From an uncultured delta proteobacterium (lineage in GTDB: Bacteria > Desulfobacterota > Binatia > DP-6), in assembly GCA_963815115.1 (NCBI GenBank), contig CAWFFN010000009.1, positions 96,001 to 160,000 of the forward strand: DNA of 64,000 nt. The letters are read 5' to 3'. The position numbers and the translations under genes were made by a program. Under the pieces are notes generated by a model. It had not been told where the DNA came from and did not search any database. It saw nothing but the letters and a program-made list of their open reading frames with translations. This document shows, one piece after another, positions 48,712 through 58,993 of this stretch; within the stretch, counting starts at the first letter, position 1, and each line of letters starts with the position of its first letter.

Positions 48712-48966
48712 ATGAGCGCCAAGAGCAAGGTGTCCGTGACGGTCGACCGGGAGCTGCTCCGGGAGGCCGCCCGGCTCGGTGAAGGCATGACCCGAAGCCA
48801 GCTCTTCGAGCACGCGCTTGCCGCGTGGGTGCGTCGCCAAGGTCGCGCGGAACTCGATCAGGCCATCGCACGTTACTACACCTCCTTGACGGCAGCCGAG
48901 CGGCGCGAGGACGACGACTGGGCCGCGCTGGGGGACGACACGGTCTCCCGGAGCTGGGACAGGTGA
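48712..48966 (+). CDS. RHH antitoxin (MazE-like)
   Basis: KVSVTVDRELL..TRSQLFEHAL; GTGA overlap with the toxin. Confidence 0.82.
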   Translation: MSAKSKVSVTVDRELLREAARLGEGMTRSQLFEHALAAWVRRQGRAELDQAIARYYTSLTAAERREDDDWAALGDDTVSRSWDR

Positions 48967-49319
48967 GCGATCTCATCGCTTCTCCCCGCCGCGGCTTCCT
49001 GTACTGGGTCCGGATACCCGACGAGCCCGGCGGTAAGCGACGGCCGGCGCTCGTGGTGTCACCGGACGTTCGCAACCGTCTCGCCAACGACGTCATCGTG
49101 GTGCCGGTCTCGACCGTGCTCCGCGAAGCGCCCACCCACGTCCGCATGCGAGCGCGAGAGGGTGGACTTCCGCGGCCCTCGGTTGCCAAATGTGAGCAGG
49201 TCACCACCATCCGTCGCGATCGCCTCGTGCCCACGGCGCTCGGGGGAGCCGTGTCGCTCATGCGCATGGTCGAGGTCGAGAAGGCGATCCTCCGGGCGAT
49301 CGGCGTGCCGGTGTCGTGA
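48963..49319 (+). CDS. mazF: MazF/PemK endoribonuclease toxin
   Basis: RRGFLYWV, KRRPALVVS, VIVVPVST, SVAKCEQVTTI. Confidence 0.92.
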   Translation: MSDLIASPRRGFLYWVRIPDEPGGKRRPALVVSPDVRNRLANDVIVVPVSTVLREAPTHVRMRAREGGLPRPSVAKCEQVTTIRRDRLVPTALGGAVSLMRMVEVEKAILRAIGVPVS

Positions 49320-49495
49320 CGGCACTTCGCTCGGGCGACCCGGAGCGGGCGCTGTAGGGCCCCTGAGCCGGACGCGCGCGACGGGGACACGCCCCGGACG
49401 GTCGCGGGCATCCGCCACCACGCCCACACACCCCGAGCCCGCCGCGCCGGTCGCGGCTCGCAACCGGCGCGGGTTCGGGGCAAGATGCGGCCGCC

Positions 49496-50560
49496 ATGCC
49501 CTCGTCCTCGCTGACCCGCCGGCTGCTCCGCGACCGCAAGCGGCGCAGCGTGCTGCTCGACCTGCTGCCGCGCGTGCAGGGAGACGAGCGCACGCTCGGA
49601 CGCGAGGAGCGCCTGGTGCGCGAGATGCTGGAGACCAGCCTGAAGCTCCTGCGCGACTCCAGCGGCATCGGGGATCTGAAGCTCCTGAACGCGGCCCTCC
49701 GCGAGCTGCGGTATGCCTTCAAGGTCTTCGCGTCCTATCGCGGCATCCGCAAGGTCACCGTGTTCGGCTCGGCCCGCACGCCTCCGGGCGCGCCGGCGTA
49801 TCGCACCGCGGCGGAGTTCGCGAGCAAGATCGCCGAGCACGGCTATCTCATCATCACGGGTGGCGGACACGGCATCATGCGCGCGTGCCAGGAGGGCGCC
49901 GGACGGGATCGCAGCTTCGGCGTGAACATCAAGCTCCCGTTCGAGCAGGAGGCCAACGAGTTCATCCTGGACGATCCCAAGCTCGTCACCTTCCGCTACT
50001 TCTTCACGCGCAAGCTCATGTTCGTGAAGGAGGCCGACGCGATCGTCCTCTTCCCCGGTGGATTCGGGACCCACGACGAGGGCTACGAGGCGCTCACGCT
50101 GGCCCAGACCGGGAAGATGAAGCCGGTCCCGATCATCTTCCTCGACACGCCGCGAGGCACCTACTGGAAGAGCTGGATGCAGTACGTGAGGGATCATCTC
50201 CTCCGTCCGAAGCTCATCTCCGAAGAGGACCTGTGCCTCTTCCGGACGAGCACCAGCGTCGAGGAGGCGGTCCAGGAGATCCTCGGCTTCTATCGCGTGT
50301 ATCACTCGTCGCGCTACGTCAGCCGGCACTGGGTGATCCGGCTCGAGCGCCCCGTCGCCCCCGAGCTGTGCAACGCCCTGGCGCGCGATTTCGCTCCCCT
50401 CATCGAGACCGGGGGCATCGAGCAGTGCGGCGCGTTCCGCGAGGAGCGCGAGACGGAGCCCGAGCTGGATCACCTCCCGCGCCTCGCCTTCGTGGCCCGC
50501 CGCTCCAGCTCCTTCGGGCTCCGCCGGCGGCTCATCGACCGCCTGAACCGGGAGGGATGA
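49496..50560 (+). CDS. LOG-family (TIGR00730-like) Rossmann protein
   Basis: VTVFGSAR, TGGGHGIM, FRYFFTRKLMF, PGGFGTHDE. Confidence 0.9.
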   Translation: MPSSSLTRRLLRDRKRRSVLLDLLPRVQGDERTLGREERLVREMLETSLKLLRDSSGIGDLKLLNAALRELRYAFKVFASYRGIRKVTVFGSARTPPGAPAYRTAAEFASKIAEHGYLIITGGGHGIMRACQEGAGRDRSFGVNIKLPFEQEANEFILDDPKLVTFRYFFTRKLMFVKEADAIVLFPGGFGTHDEGYEALTLAQTGKMKPVPIIFLDTPRGTYWKSWMQYVRDHLLRPKLISEEDLCLFRTSTSVEEAVQEILGFYRVYHSSRYVSRHWVIRLERPVAPELCNALARDFAPLIETGGIEQCGAFREERETEPELDHLPRLAFVARRSSSFGLRRRLIDRLNREG

Positions 50561-50900
50561 CATGGCGGCGGGACGGCCGCCGCGGCCCGTCCCTGCGATC
50601 TGACCGCCTGCCGCGCCTGGACGTCTCCCGGGGCCAAAACGCCCGGTCGGGAGCGCTCGCGAGCCGCTCGACCGCGCGGGCTTGACGGCTTCCTTGCGGT
50701 GGGCCATTGGGCCCGGATGCGCCCGGTGGCGTCGAGTCACGGGTACCCGGCTTCGGGTGATGCCGATGGCGGGGGACCACGGTGGGACCACAGGGCCGGC
50801 GGGCGCATCCGGATCCGCCTCCGACGGTCGGGGTGCTTGGCCATGTCGAGCAAGCGTGGCATTATGCGCGCGCCTGCAGTCGGGGCGGTGGAGGAGAAGG

Positions 50901-53090
50901 ATGTGGAGTAGAGGGCGGGCGATCCTCGCGCTGGTCGTGGTCCTGCTGCCGTCAGCCACCCGGGCGCAACCCCTGGTGACCGCAAGCGGTGCCATCATCG
51001 TCGACGCTCCCAGCGGTTCGGTGATCTGGGAGCAGGGTGCCGACCTGCCGCTCGCCCCGGCGAGCACCACGAAGGTCCTGACGGCCATCGTCGCGTTGCA
51101 GAGCGGCCGCCTCGACCAGCGCTTCCTGGTGACCGGCAACGCCTCCGGGGTGGAGCCCACGAAGATCGGGCTGCGACCCGGTCAGGAGGTGGAGCTGCAC
51201 GACCTGCTCTACGCGGTGCTGCTCCGGTCGGCGAACGATGCCGCCGTGGTCGTCGCCGAAGGAGTGGGAGGCTCCGTCGAATCCTTCGCCGTCCGCATGA
51301 ACGAGAAGGCGCGAGCGATCGGTGCGACCCGGTCGAACTTCGTGAACCCGCATGGGCTCACCGAGCCGGGCCACTACACCACCGCGCGCGACCTGGCCAC
51401 CATCTTCCGCTACGGCCTGCGGGTGCCGTTGTTCCGCGACATCCTCAGCACGCCCACGGCGGAGGTCGCCATCGACGGCCCGGAGGGACGGGTCGCCATG
51501 GTGCGCTCGCACAACCGGTTGCTGAACGCGCCCGAGTACCAGGTCATCGGCAAGACGGGCTACACGAGAGCCGCCCGGCGTTGCTTCGTGGGGGCGGCGG
51601 GCCTGGGCTCACGCGAGGTCGTGATCGCCATCCTGGGGTCGACCGATCTCTGGGGCGATGCGCGCCGCATGCTCGACTACGGACTCACCGAGCCGGAGAG
51701 GCCCGTGCTGCTGGCCTCGGCCTCCGGGCTGCCCAGAGCCGTCGTGCTCGAGCCGCGCCTGGCGCCTCCTCCGGCCGAGGCCGCGGAGCGCGTCCCGCCG
51801 CCGCCGCCCGCGCAGGCGGTGGCCTACGTTCCGCCACCGCCTCCTCCCGACGAGAAGCGCACCCCGCCGCCTCCGCCGGCGGCTGCGCAGGCCGCGGCGT
51901 ACGTTCCGCCGCCTTCACCGCCGCCCGCACCGACCGTCGTGGCGCGCGCCGAGCCCGAGACGGCCCCCTCTTCGGCGCCGGCGGAGGAGCCGCGCCGGGT
52001 CGCAGCAGAAACGCCGCGCGACGTCCGCGAAGACGGTGAGGGCGACAGGCCGAGCACGCGTTCGGTCCAGTCGGGACGTGCGGCCGACTCCGGCGCTCGC
52101 GGGCAGGAGATCTACGATCAGGAGATCGGCGACGGAGCACCGGCGCGCAACGAGGCTGCGATCGAGTACGCGCGCCGGCGCGCGCGATCCATGTGGGCCG
52201 ATCCACCCGACGCTCCGGCGGCCGACGGCGTAGCGGGTGCTGGTGCCGGGGCTGCGGCCGCCGCGGCTGCGGCGGCGCCCGCACCCGCCGCGGCGGTGCC
52301 CGCGCGTGCCGAAACCGCTCCCGCAGCCGATGCGGCGCCGGTCCGCGCCGCGGCCGTCGCTCCGGGGCGTGCCCCGCGCCGGGACGCCGGCGACGACGAG
52401 GATTCGCCGCGCAAGCAGACCGTCCGCGAGCAGCAGCCGTCGCGCGCGGCGGTCGCCGCGAAGGGCCGGGCGGCGCGGCAGGTCGCCCGCGACGAGGACG
52501 AGGATGACGACAGGCCGGCGCGCGGCATGGCCAAGGAGAAGGGACGCCGGGGAGCGGCTGTCGCCCGTGCCGATGCCCGGCGGGGCGCCCGCGTCGCGGA
52601 CGACGACGATGATGCCGACGAGTCTCCCCGGCGGGGCCGGAAGAATGCCGACGATGACGGGCGGAAGGCGCCGGGCGCGACGCGCGTCGCCGGTGCAAAG
52701 GACCGTGACGGCAAGGCGTCGCGCGGCGGCCGTGACGACCGGCGCGAGCCCGCCGTCGTGACGCGCGTCGCCGCCGTCGAGCCGCGTGGCTCGGCAACGT
52801 CGGGTCGCGCGAGCGAGAAGGCGGGCAGGCGCTCCGGCCGCGGCGCGGCCGAGACCGTCGGCGATCCCAGGCTGCCGCCGCCCGGCCGCTTCACGGTGCA
52901 GGTCGGCCCCTATCGAGACCGCAAGTCGGTCGAGGTGGCGCGCGCCGATCTTTCTCGTCGAGGCTACGAGGCCCGCGTCGTGGGCCAGAGCCTCCAGCTG
53001 GGCAACTTCACCCAGAAGGGTCTGGCGGAGCGGCTCGCGAGCCGGCTGCGCGTCACCGGCCACCCTGCGACGAGCGCGACCGTGCGCTGA
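50901..53090 (+). CDS. D-Ala-D-Ala carboxypeptidase (S11) with long low-complexity linker and C-terminal SPOR domain
   Basis: ASTTK, SAN, KTG motifs; FTVQVGPY...QLGNF SPOR-like end. Confidence 0.88.
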   Translation: MWSRGRAILALVVVLLPSATRAQPLVTASGAIIVDAPSGSVIWEQGADLPLAPASTTKVLTAIVALQSGRLDQRFLVTGNASGVEPTKIGLRPGQEVELHDLLYAVLLRSANDAAVVVAEGVGGSVESFAVRMNEKARAIGATRSNFVNPHGLTEPGHYTTARDLATIFRYGLRVPLFRDILSTPTAEVAIDGPEGRVAMVRSHNRLLNAPEYQVIGKTGYTRAARRCFVGAAGLGSREVVIAILGSTDLWGDARRMLDYGLTEPERPVLLASASGLPRAVVLEPRLAPPPAEAAERVPPPPPAQAVAYVPPPPPPDEKRTPPPPPAAAQAAAYVPPPSPPPAPTVVARAEPETAPSSAPAEEPRRVAAETPRDVREDGEGDRPSTRSVQSGRAADSGARGQEIYDQEIGDGAPARNEAAIEYARRRARSMWADPPDAPAADGVAGAGAGAAAAAAAAAPAPAAAVPARAETAPAADAAPVRAAAVAPGRAPRRDAGDDEDSPRKQTVREQQPSRAAVAAKGRAARQVARDEDEDDDRPARGMAKEKGRRGAAVARADARRGARVADDDDDADESPRRGRKNADDDGRKAPGATRVAGAKDRDGKASRGGRDDRREPAVVTRVAAVEPRGSATSGRASEKAGRRSGRGAAETVGDPRLPPPGRFTVQVGPYRDRKSVEVARADLSRRGYEARVVGQSLQLGNFTQKGLAERLASRLRVTGHPATSATVR

Positions 53091-54206
53091 CCGGCTGGGG
53101 CGGCTGGAAGGACAGGCGGCGCCGGCTGCGGGTGTCGTGGCGCTCGAGCGCGAGCGCTACGAGGCGCTCGACGAGCGCGGATAGCGGCACGCCGCTCGCC
53201 TCCCACAGACGCGGATACTGGCTCACGCGGGTGAAGCCGGGCATGGTGTTGATCTCGTTGACCAGCACCCGGCCCGTGCCGCGCTCGAGGAAGAAATCGA
53301 CACGCGCGAGTCCCGAGCAGTCGACGGCGTGGAACGCACGCAGGGCGAGCTCGCGCATGGCGTCGGCGGTGTCGGCGTCCAGCTCGGCCGGGATCACGAT
53401 GCGCGCGCCGTCCTCGACGTACTTGTCGGCGTAGTCGTAGAACTCGTGCGACGGCATCAGCTCGCCCACCACGGAGGCTTCGGCGTGCTCGTTGCCGAGG
53501 ACGCCGCATTCGAACTCCCGCGCGTCGATGGCCTCCTCGACGATCACCCGTGGATCGTAGGCCGCCGCCTCGGCGAGCGCGGCGGCGAGCTCGGCCGCCC
53601 GCTTCACCTTCGTGATGCCGACCGACGAGCCGAGGTTGCATGGCTTCACGAAGCACGGGAAGCCGAGCGCGTCGTCCACCCGTGCCCGGACCTCGTCCGC
53701 GGCGCCAGCGCCTGGCCGGACGACGATCCACCGGGCCACCGGGATGCCGGCGTCGCGGAACACCGCCTTCATGACCGCCTTGTCCATGCCCACCGCGGAC
53801 GCGAGGACGCCCGCGCCGACGTAGGGCACGCCGGCCAGGTCGAGCAGATCCCTGCATCGTGCCGTCCTCGCCGTAGGTGCCGTGGAGCACCGGGAAGACG
53901 ACGTCGAGCGCCGCGCGCCGCCACGCCGCCGGCAGCCGGGACGAGCGCGCCGCCCGACGGGACCGGCGGCAGCATGACCTCGACGCCGTGCTCGGGGACG
54001 GGTGCGAGCGTGCGCTGCGCTTCCTCGAGCAGGCGCAGGCTGTCGGGTCCGGTGAGCCAGCGTCCGTCCTTGGTGATGGCGATGGGCACCACCTCGTAGC
54101 GGGCGGGATCGAACGCGCCGATCACCGTCGCGGCGGAGCGCAGCGACACCTCGTGCTCGCCCGACCTGCCGCCGTACACCACGCCGACCCGCACCCGCCG
54201 CGTCAT
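53053..54206 (-). CDS. ddl: D-alanine--D-alanine ligase (two frameshifts near 53915 and 53855)
   Basis: [47 protein letters not shown]. Confidence 0.92.
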
Positions 54207-54252
54207 GGGTCGCTTCTGGCACCGCGCCCCGGCGTTGACAAGGTGGCGGGGC

Positions 54253-54667
54253 TCACGCGGAGATGTGCCGCGGGTCGATCGGCTGCCCGTACGAGAACTC
54301 GACCTGGTTCCCGTCCGGATCGCTGACGATGCAGAAGTAGCCCACGACCGGACCGGCATACACCGGAGGAACGACGAGGATGCCGGCGGTCCGTCCCGCT
54401 TCGGCGGCGGCGTCGACCTCCTCGCGCGAGGTGACCGCGAAGCCGAGATGCTGCAGGGTCGAGGGCGCGGGCGGCGGATCGCCGTGGATCTCGAACAGCA
54501 CGAGCACGAAGTCCGGAGCCTCGGCGCGCTCGCTCAGCCAGACGACGCGCACGTCGCCGTCGTGGCGGTCGTGCACGACGTGCAGCCCGACGTGGCGGCG
54601 GTAGAAATCGATCGTTCTTCTCGAGGTCGCGCACCCCGAGCGCGAGATGCGTCAGGACCGGTTTCAC
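54253..54667 (-). CDS. VOC/glyoxalase-family protein (frameshift near 54618)
   Basis: [29 protein letters not shown]. Confidence 0.85.
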
Positions 54668-55617
54668 GGCAGATGCTCCGCCACGCGGGTTGCGATCACC
54701 TCGGCGAGGATGCGCCGCAGCTCGGGCAGCTCGCAGCCCGCGGCCGCGGCGTGGCCACCGCCGCCGAGCGCCTCGGCGACCTTGGAGAGGTCGACGTCGC
54801 AGTCGGGCGATCGTCGCAGGCTGACCGCCAGACCGGTGACGTCGTAGAGGGCGAAGACCGCGCCGGGGGTCTGCTTGCCCCAGGCATCGGCGATCTCGCT
54901 CGGGTGTCCGGCGCAGACGGCGGCCACCACCTGCACACCCGCTGCCGTGTGCTCGACGCGGCTCGCCTCGGCGACCGCGAAGCTGCGGGCGATCTCCTCG
55001 CCGACGCGCGCCGCGGGCAACCGCCATGCGCGGCGTGTAGGTGACGTGCTCGTCGAGGGCGAGGAAATCCTCGTACGCGTCGGGGCCGAGCGCCCGCACC
55101 ACCCAGGCCAGCTCGCGGGAACCCGGCACCCGGTGCAGCCAGCGGTCGTTGTCGTCCGCCATGGCCACGACGGGCGCGAAGGCAGCGAACGCGGGCACCG
55201 CGACGGCCGTCGCGAGCGAGCCGCGCCGGCCAGGTACTCGTAGGTGAGACGGGAGGCCGCGTACTCCTCGCTCAGCACGGTGTCGGTGAAGGGGACGTCG
55301 ACGCGGCCGGCGCGCACGCGCTCGAGCGCCGTGCGATGATGATCGATCCAGTAGATGCGAACGCCGCCCTGGCGCGCGAGCTCCCGCAGGTGCTGCTCGG
55401 TGGCCGGCTCGCGCCAGGAGATGTCGGTGATCCAGAGCTCGTGGTCCCCGCCCGGATCGAAGCGCAGCCCCTGCAGCACGGCGTCGATCTCGCTGTTGCT
55501 CGCGAAGCGTGCGTCGACGTCGGCCCGGTCGCCGTAGAAGCGCGCCACGGCGACCGCCGCCGTCACTCCGTCGAGGCAGGTGGGGCCGTGGCTGACGATG
55601 TGCACCTGCGTTCGCAT
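54664..55617 (-). CDS. DHH/DHHA1 phosphoesterase (compensating internal frameshifts)
   Basis: H..CLDG, WITD, WIDHH, GGGGHAAAAG. Confidence 0.85.
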   Translation of the reverse strand: MRTQVHIVSHGPTCLDGVTAAVAVARFYGDRADVDARFASNSEIDAVLQGLRFDPGGDHELWITDISWREPATEQHLRELARQGGVRIYWIDHHRTALERVRAGRVDVPFTDTVLSEEYAASRLTYEYLAGAARSRRPSRCPRSLPSRPSWPWRTTTTAGCTGCRVPASWPGWCGRSAPTRTRISSPSTSTSPTRRAWRLPAARVGEEIARSFAVAEASRVEHTAAGVQVVAAVCAGHPSEIADAWGKQTPGAVFALYDVTGLAVSLRRSPDCDVDLSKVAEALGGGGHAAAAGCELPELRRILAEVIATRVAEHLP

Positions 55618-55653
55618 GGCGAGCGGGATCATGGCAGATCGCTCCCGGGGCGG

Positions 55654-56197
55654 CTACCGCTGCGCGCGTCCGAGGGGAAGCTCGCCGACGTCGTAGATCA
55701 TGCGACCGCCGTCGACGCGCGCGAGGCGGCCGAGCGCGTGCGGTCTCGGCGCGCCAGGCCCGAGGATGTGCAGCACGGTGACCCCGCGCACCACGAGCGC
55801 ATCGGCGATGAGCTGGCGGTGGCAGCGCCACGGCACCGCCTCGGCGCAGAGAATCGCGGTGGGTCCGCGCCGACGCGAGCCGGAGCAGCGTGTCCAGGCC
55901 GGAACGGAACTCCTCCGTACCCATGTGATCGGCGTAGGCACGGAAGGCGGGCTCGCGCCACGCCACGTGAGGCGAATCGGGCCGGGGAACACGCCGGCCG
56001 CCGAGCGCCGGCAGCCACTCGTAGCCGACCCCCGCGGCGGCGAGCGTCTCCGCCAGCGCCTCGCGCCCGAACTGCGGGTGGCGGCGCGAGGCGGGAAAGC
56101 GGCGGACGTCGGCGATGCCCGCGATCCCGTGCGTCCGAAGCAGTGCCAGCACCTCCTCGGCGGTGCGTGTCGAGTGCCCGAGGGTGTAGACGGTCAC
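55654..56197 (-). CDS. DUF488-family protein (frameshift near 55865)
   Basis: YTLGHSTR, DVRRFPASR, LGGRR, CAEAVPWRCHRQLIADAL. Confidence 0.88.
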
Positions 56198-56222
56198 GGG
56201 CCGAGTGTAGCAGAACCCGGGC

Positions 56223-57005
56223 ATGCGCTGGCTCGCCCGGGGCACCGGGCTCGTCCTCCTGATGGCGATCGTGCCCGCCTGCACCCCCGCGCGCTACGTC
56301 GTCGAGCGCCCGGGGCTGGATTGCGAGCGTGCCGTGCGCGTCGCGCGCCGGACCCTCGTCGACATGGGCTACACGATCACCGACATGGTCCAGCCGAAGG
56401 GCGGGACGTCCGGCTTCGTCACCGGCACGAAGCGGACGCCGGACGGACAGACCGCGAAGGGATCCGCGAGCATCAGGTGCTCGGCGACCGGGGCGGAGGT
56501 CCGACCGATCGAGGGTTCGCTCCTGTCGGGCTTCGAGTTCAGCCGACGCTTCGACTACGGCTTCACGTCCCTCGTGCAGCGTCCCGACGTCGAGACGCCG
56601 CGGGTCGAATCCGGCGTCCAGGTGCTGGTGCAGGTGGTGGACGTCTACCAGTCCCGGCTCGATCTCGGGGGCGAGGCCGTCCGCGGCGGCAACGTCCTCA
56701 TCCGCCTCACCGTGCGCAACGGCACCGATCGCGCCGTGGCCGTCGCCAAGGAACGGCTGACCCTGGTCACGGCCGACGGAACGTCGGCCCAGGCCCTCGG
56801 CGGCCCGGCGCTGGACGCGGCGTTCGCCGCCGGCCCGGCCGCCGATCGGGTGCGCCACGAGCTGCTCGGGAAGCTCGAGGTGGCGGCGCGCACCACGTCG
56901 TTCCGCTTCCTGGTGTATCCTTCCGGCGTCTACCGCGAGGCGCGCATCGCGGTCGAGGACGTCGAGACCGGTGAGAGCGACGGCTTCGTGACGGCCGTGG
57001 AGTGA
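56223..57005 (+). CDS. Hypothetical lipoprotein
   Basis: Signal with VPAC lipobox; beta-rich body. Confidence 0.7.
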   Translation: MRWLARGTGLVLLMAIVPACTPARYVVERPGLDCERAVRVARRTLVDMGYTITDMVQPKGGTSGFVTGTKRTPDGQTAKGSASIRCSATGAEVRPIEGSLLSGFEFSRRFDYGFTSLVQRPDVETPRVESGVQVLVQVVDVYQSRLDLGGEAVRGGNVLIRLTVRNGTDRAVAVAKERLTLVTADGTSAQALGGPALDAAFAAGPAADRVRHELLGKLEVAARTTSFRFLVYPSGVYREARIAVEDVETGESDGFVTAVE

Positions 57006-57006
57006 T

Positions 57007-57342
57007 TCACTCGGGCGTCAGGCGGAGACCAGCCGCTTCGAATCGCCTGAAGTCGGCCCTGTTGGAAGTCGCGAGCGCGGCTCCCGCTCGGATGGCCACG
57101 GCGGCGATCATGCAGTCGGTCAGGGTGCCGCGACGTCGACCGGTCAGGTTGCAAAGTCGGGCGGTTGTCGCGGCATCCTCTGCAAGAAACGGGTCCGGGT
57201 CCTGCACGACCCGAGCGGCGAGCTGGAGCAAGGCGCCGTCGACTGGACCGCAAAGGAACTCGGCCCAGCCCACCGCACTGACGCCGACCGCCTGCTCATC
57301 GTGTAGCGCGCGAATGAGGAAGCTGGTGTCGAGATGGATCAC
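57007..57342 (-). CDS. vapC: VapC PIN toxin (short, possible internal deletion)
   Basis: IHLDTSFLI, WAEF, DCMIAA, ATSNRADF. Confidence 0.82.
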   Translation of the reverse strand: MIHLDTSFLIRALHDEQAVGVSAVGWAEFLCGPVDGALLQLAARVVQDPDPFLAEDAATTARLCNLTGRRRGTLTDCMIAAVAIRAGAALATSNRADFRRFEAAGLRLTPE

Positions 57343-57623
57343 CGCGCGCGCTGCTCGCGACGCGCGGAGGCCGTCCGCCGCTCTCGGCGAACATCGCCGG
57401 CCCAGGCACGTGCGCGTGCAGAGGTCAGGTCGAGCGCTCGCTGAAGTGCCTCCAGCGCCGAGAGGGCGTCGGGTCGCTCAGACGCGGCACCCTCCGCCGC
57501 TACACGGATCGCGCGGCGAAGCGCCTCCGACTTCGACACCCTCCACCGGCGCGCCATTCGCTCCAGCGTGCGCACCGTGTCGACGTCAAGGGCATAGGTG
57601 GCCTTGATGCTCGGGGTGGCCAT
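57339..57623 (-). CDS. CopG/RHH antitoxin
   Basis: KATYALD..LERMARRWRVSKSEALRRAI; GTGA overlap with vapC. Confidence 0.85.
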   Translation of the reverse strand: MATPSIKATYALDVDTVRTLERMARRWRVSKSEALRRAIRVAAEGAASERPDALSALEALQRALDLTSARARAWAGDVRRERRTASARREQRAR

Positions 57624-57644
57624 ACTCCCAGAGTATGGCCATAC
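57618..57644. promoter_or_regulatory. Operator palindromes over the antitoxin start
   Basis: GGCCATACTC-CCA-GAGTATGGCC plus overlapping GTATGGCCATAC. Confidence 0.65.
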
Positions 57645-57747
57645 CCACAGAAGCTCGGCAAGCGGCGAGCCGAATTCCCTGGCCGTGGGGCGCGCGATGC
57701 GCTGCGTCGGATGACCTTCGTGCGCTGGTGTGCTAGGCACCACCGCG

Positions 57748-58723
57748 ATGCGGGTGGCGGCGGGCTGGCGGCAGGACGCGGACGTCTCCCTGTACCAGGG
57801 AGACACGCTCGATCTGCTGCGCGAGCTGCCGGACGAGTCGGCCCAGCTCGTGATCACGTCGCCTCCCTACAACCTCGCCAAGGCGTACGAGCGCGGCCGG
57901 CGCCTGGCGCTCGACGAGTACCTGGCCGCACAGGCGCAGGTCATCGAGCAGTGCGTTCGCATCCTGCGTCGCGGTGGCAGCATCTGCTGGCAGGTCGGCA
58001 ACCACGTGACCGCGGACGAGATCGTTCCGCTCGACGTGATGCTCTACCCGCTCTTCAAGCGGCACCCCGATCTCCTGCTGCGCAACCGCGTGATCTGGCA
58101 CTTCGAGCACGGCCTGCACTGCACCAGGCGCCTCTCCGGCCGGTACGAGGTGATCCTCTGGTTCACCAGAGGCCCGGAGTACCGCTTCGACGTCGACCCG
58201 ATTCGGGTGCCCCAGAAGTATCCCGGCAAGCGCGCGTGGAAGGGTCCGACGCGCCGGCGAGTACACCGGCAACCCGCGCGGGAAGAATCCCGGCGACGTG
58301 TGGATCTTCCCCAACGTCAAGGCGAACCACGTCGAGAAGACCATCCACCCCTGCCAATTCCCCATCGAGCTGGTGGAGCGCTTCGTGCTCGCGACCACCG
58401 TTCCGGGCGATCTCGTGGTCGATCCCTACATGGGCGTCGGGACGACCGCCTGTGCCGCGGTGCTGAACGGCCGCCGCGCCGCCGGCGCGGAGATCGTCCC
58501 GCAGTACGTCGCGATCGCCCGCGAGCGGCTCGCGATGGCGGCGGCCGGACGTCTGGGAACGCGCCCCATGACACGGCCCGTTCACCAGCCGGATCCCCGC
58601 TCGGCACTGACGCGGCGTGACGAGTCCAGCGGTACGCGCAGCGGACGCATACGCCCGCGGCCCCGGGCGCAAGGGCTGCGGATCGTCGCGCGCGCCGCGG
58701 CCAGCGAGCCGCCGGCGGGCTGA
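57748..58723 (+). CDS. Beta-class N4/N6 DNA methyltransferase, M.BglII-like (frameshift near 58250)
   Basis: ITSPPYN, ICWQVGN, LRNRVIWHFEHGLH, KNPGDVW, HPCQFP, DPYMGVGTT. Confidence 0.88.
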
Positions 58724-58743
58724 CGGGCCGGCCAGAGTCGCCG

Positions 58744-58765
58744 ATGCCATATTGTAGTATGGCAT
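58744..58765. promoter_or_regulatory. Operator palindrome of a vapBC operon
   Basis: ATGCCATA-TTGTAG-TATGGCAT upstream of the antitoxin. Confidence 0.65.
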
Positions 58766-58786
58766 TACGGCTGGTAGATTGGATGG

Positions 58787-58993
58787 ATGGGCGCGGCGCG
58801 GAAGATCACGGTCCAGCTTCCGGCCGACCTGCTCGCGAAAGCGCAGCGGTCGAGCGGCCAGAACCTGACGGCCACGATTCGCCGTGGGCTCGAGCTGGTG
58901 GCGGCCGGGGGCGCCTACGACCAGCTGCGGGGCATGCGGGGCAGGGTCTCGTTCTCGATCGACTGGCGCAAGCTTCGCGAAGATCGGCGATGA
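58787..58993 (+). CDS. VapB-like RHH antitoxin
   Basis: RKITVQLPADLL..TATIRRGLEL; ATGA overlap with the toxin. Confidence 0.85.
   Translation: MGAARKITVQLPADLLAKAQRSSGQNLTATIRRGLELVAAGGAYDQLRGMRGRVSFSIDWRKLREDRR

Noticed and set aside
49431-49480. Strong GC hairpin between mazF and the LOG gene
   Set aside because: No U-tract and no second copy noticed; it cannot be called a terminator or REP.
50760-50800. Resemblance to a ZTP riboswitch (GGTGGG..ACCAC) or SRP RNA
   Set aside because: Other conserved elements are missing and it is not upstream of purU; kept only as a generic structured-RNA candidate.
14387-58723. Frameshifts in the antiporter, VWA, ddl, VOC, DHH, DUF488 and MTase genes as programmed frameshifting or mass pseudogenisation
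   Set aside because: Scattered single-base indels without slippery motifs, including in normally essential ddl and as compensating pairs, are best explained as sequencing errors.
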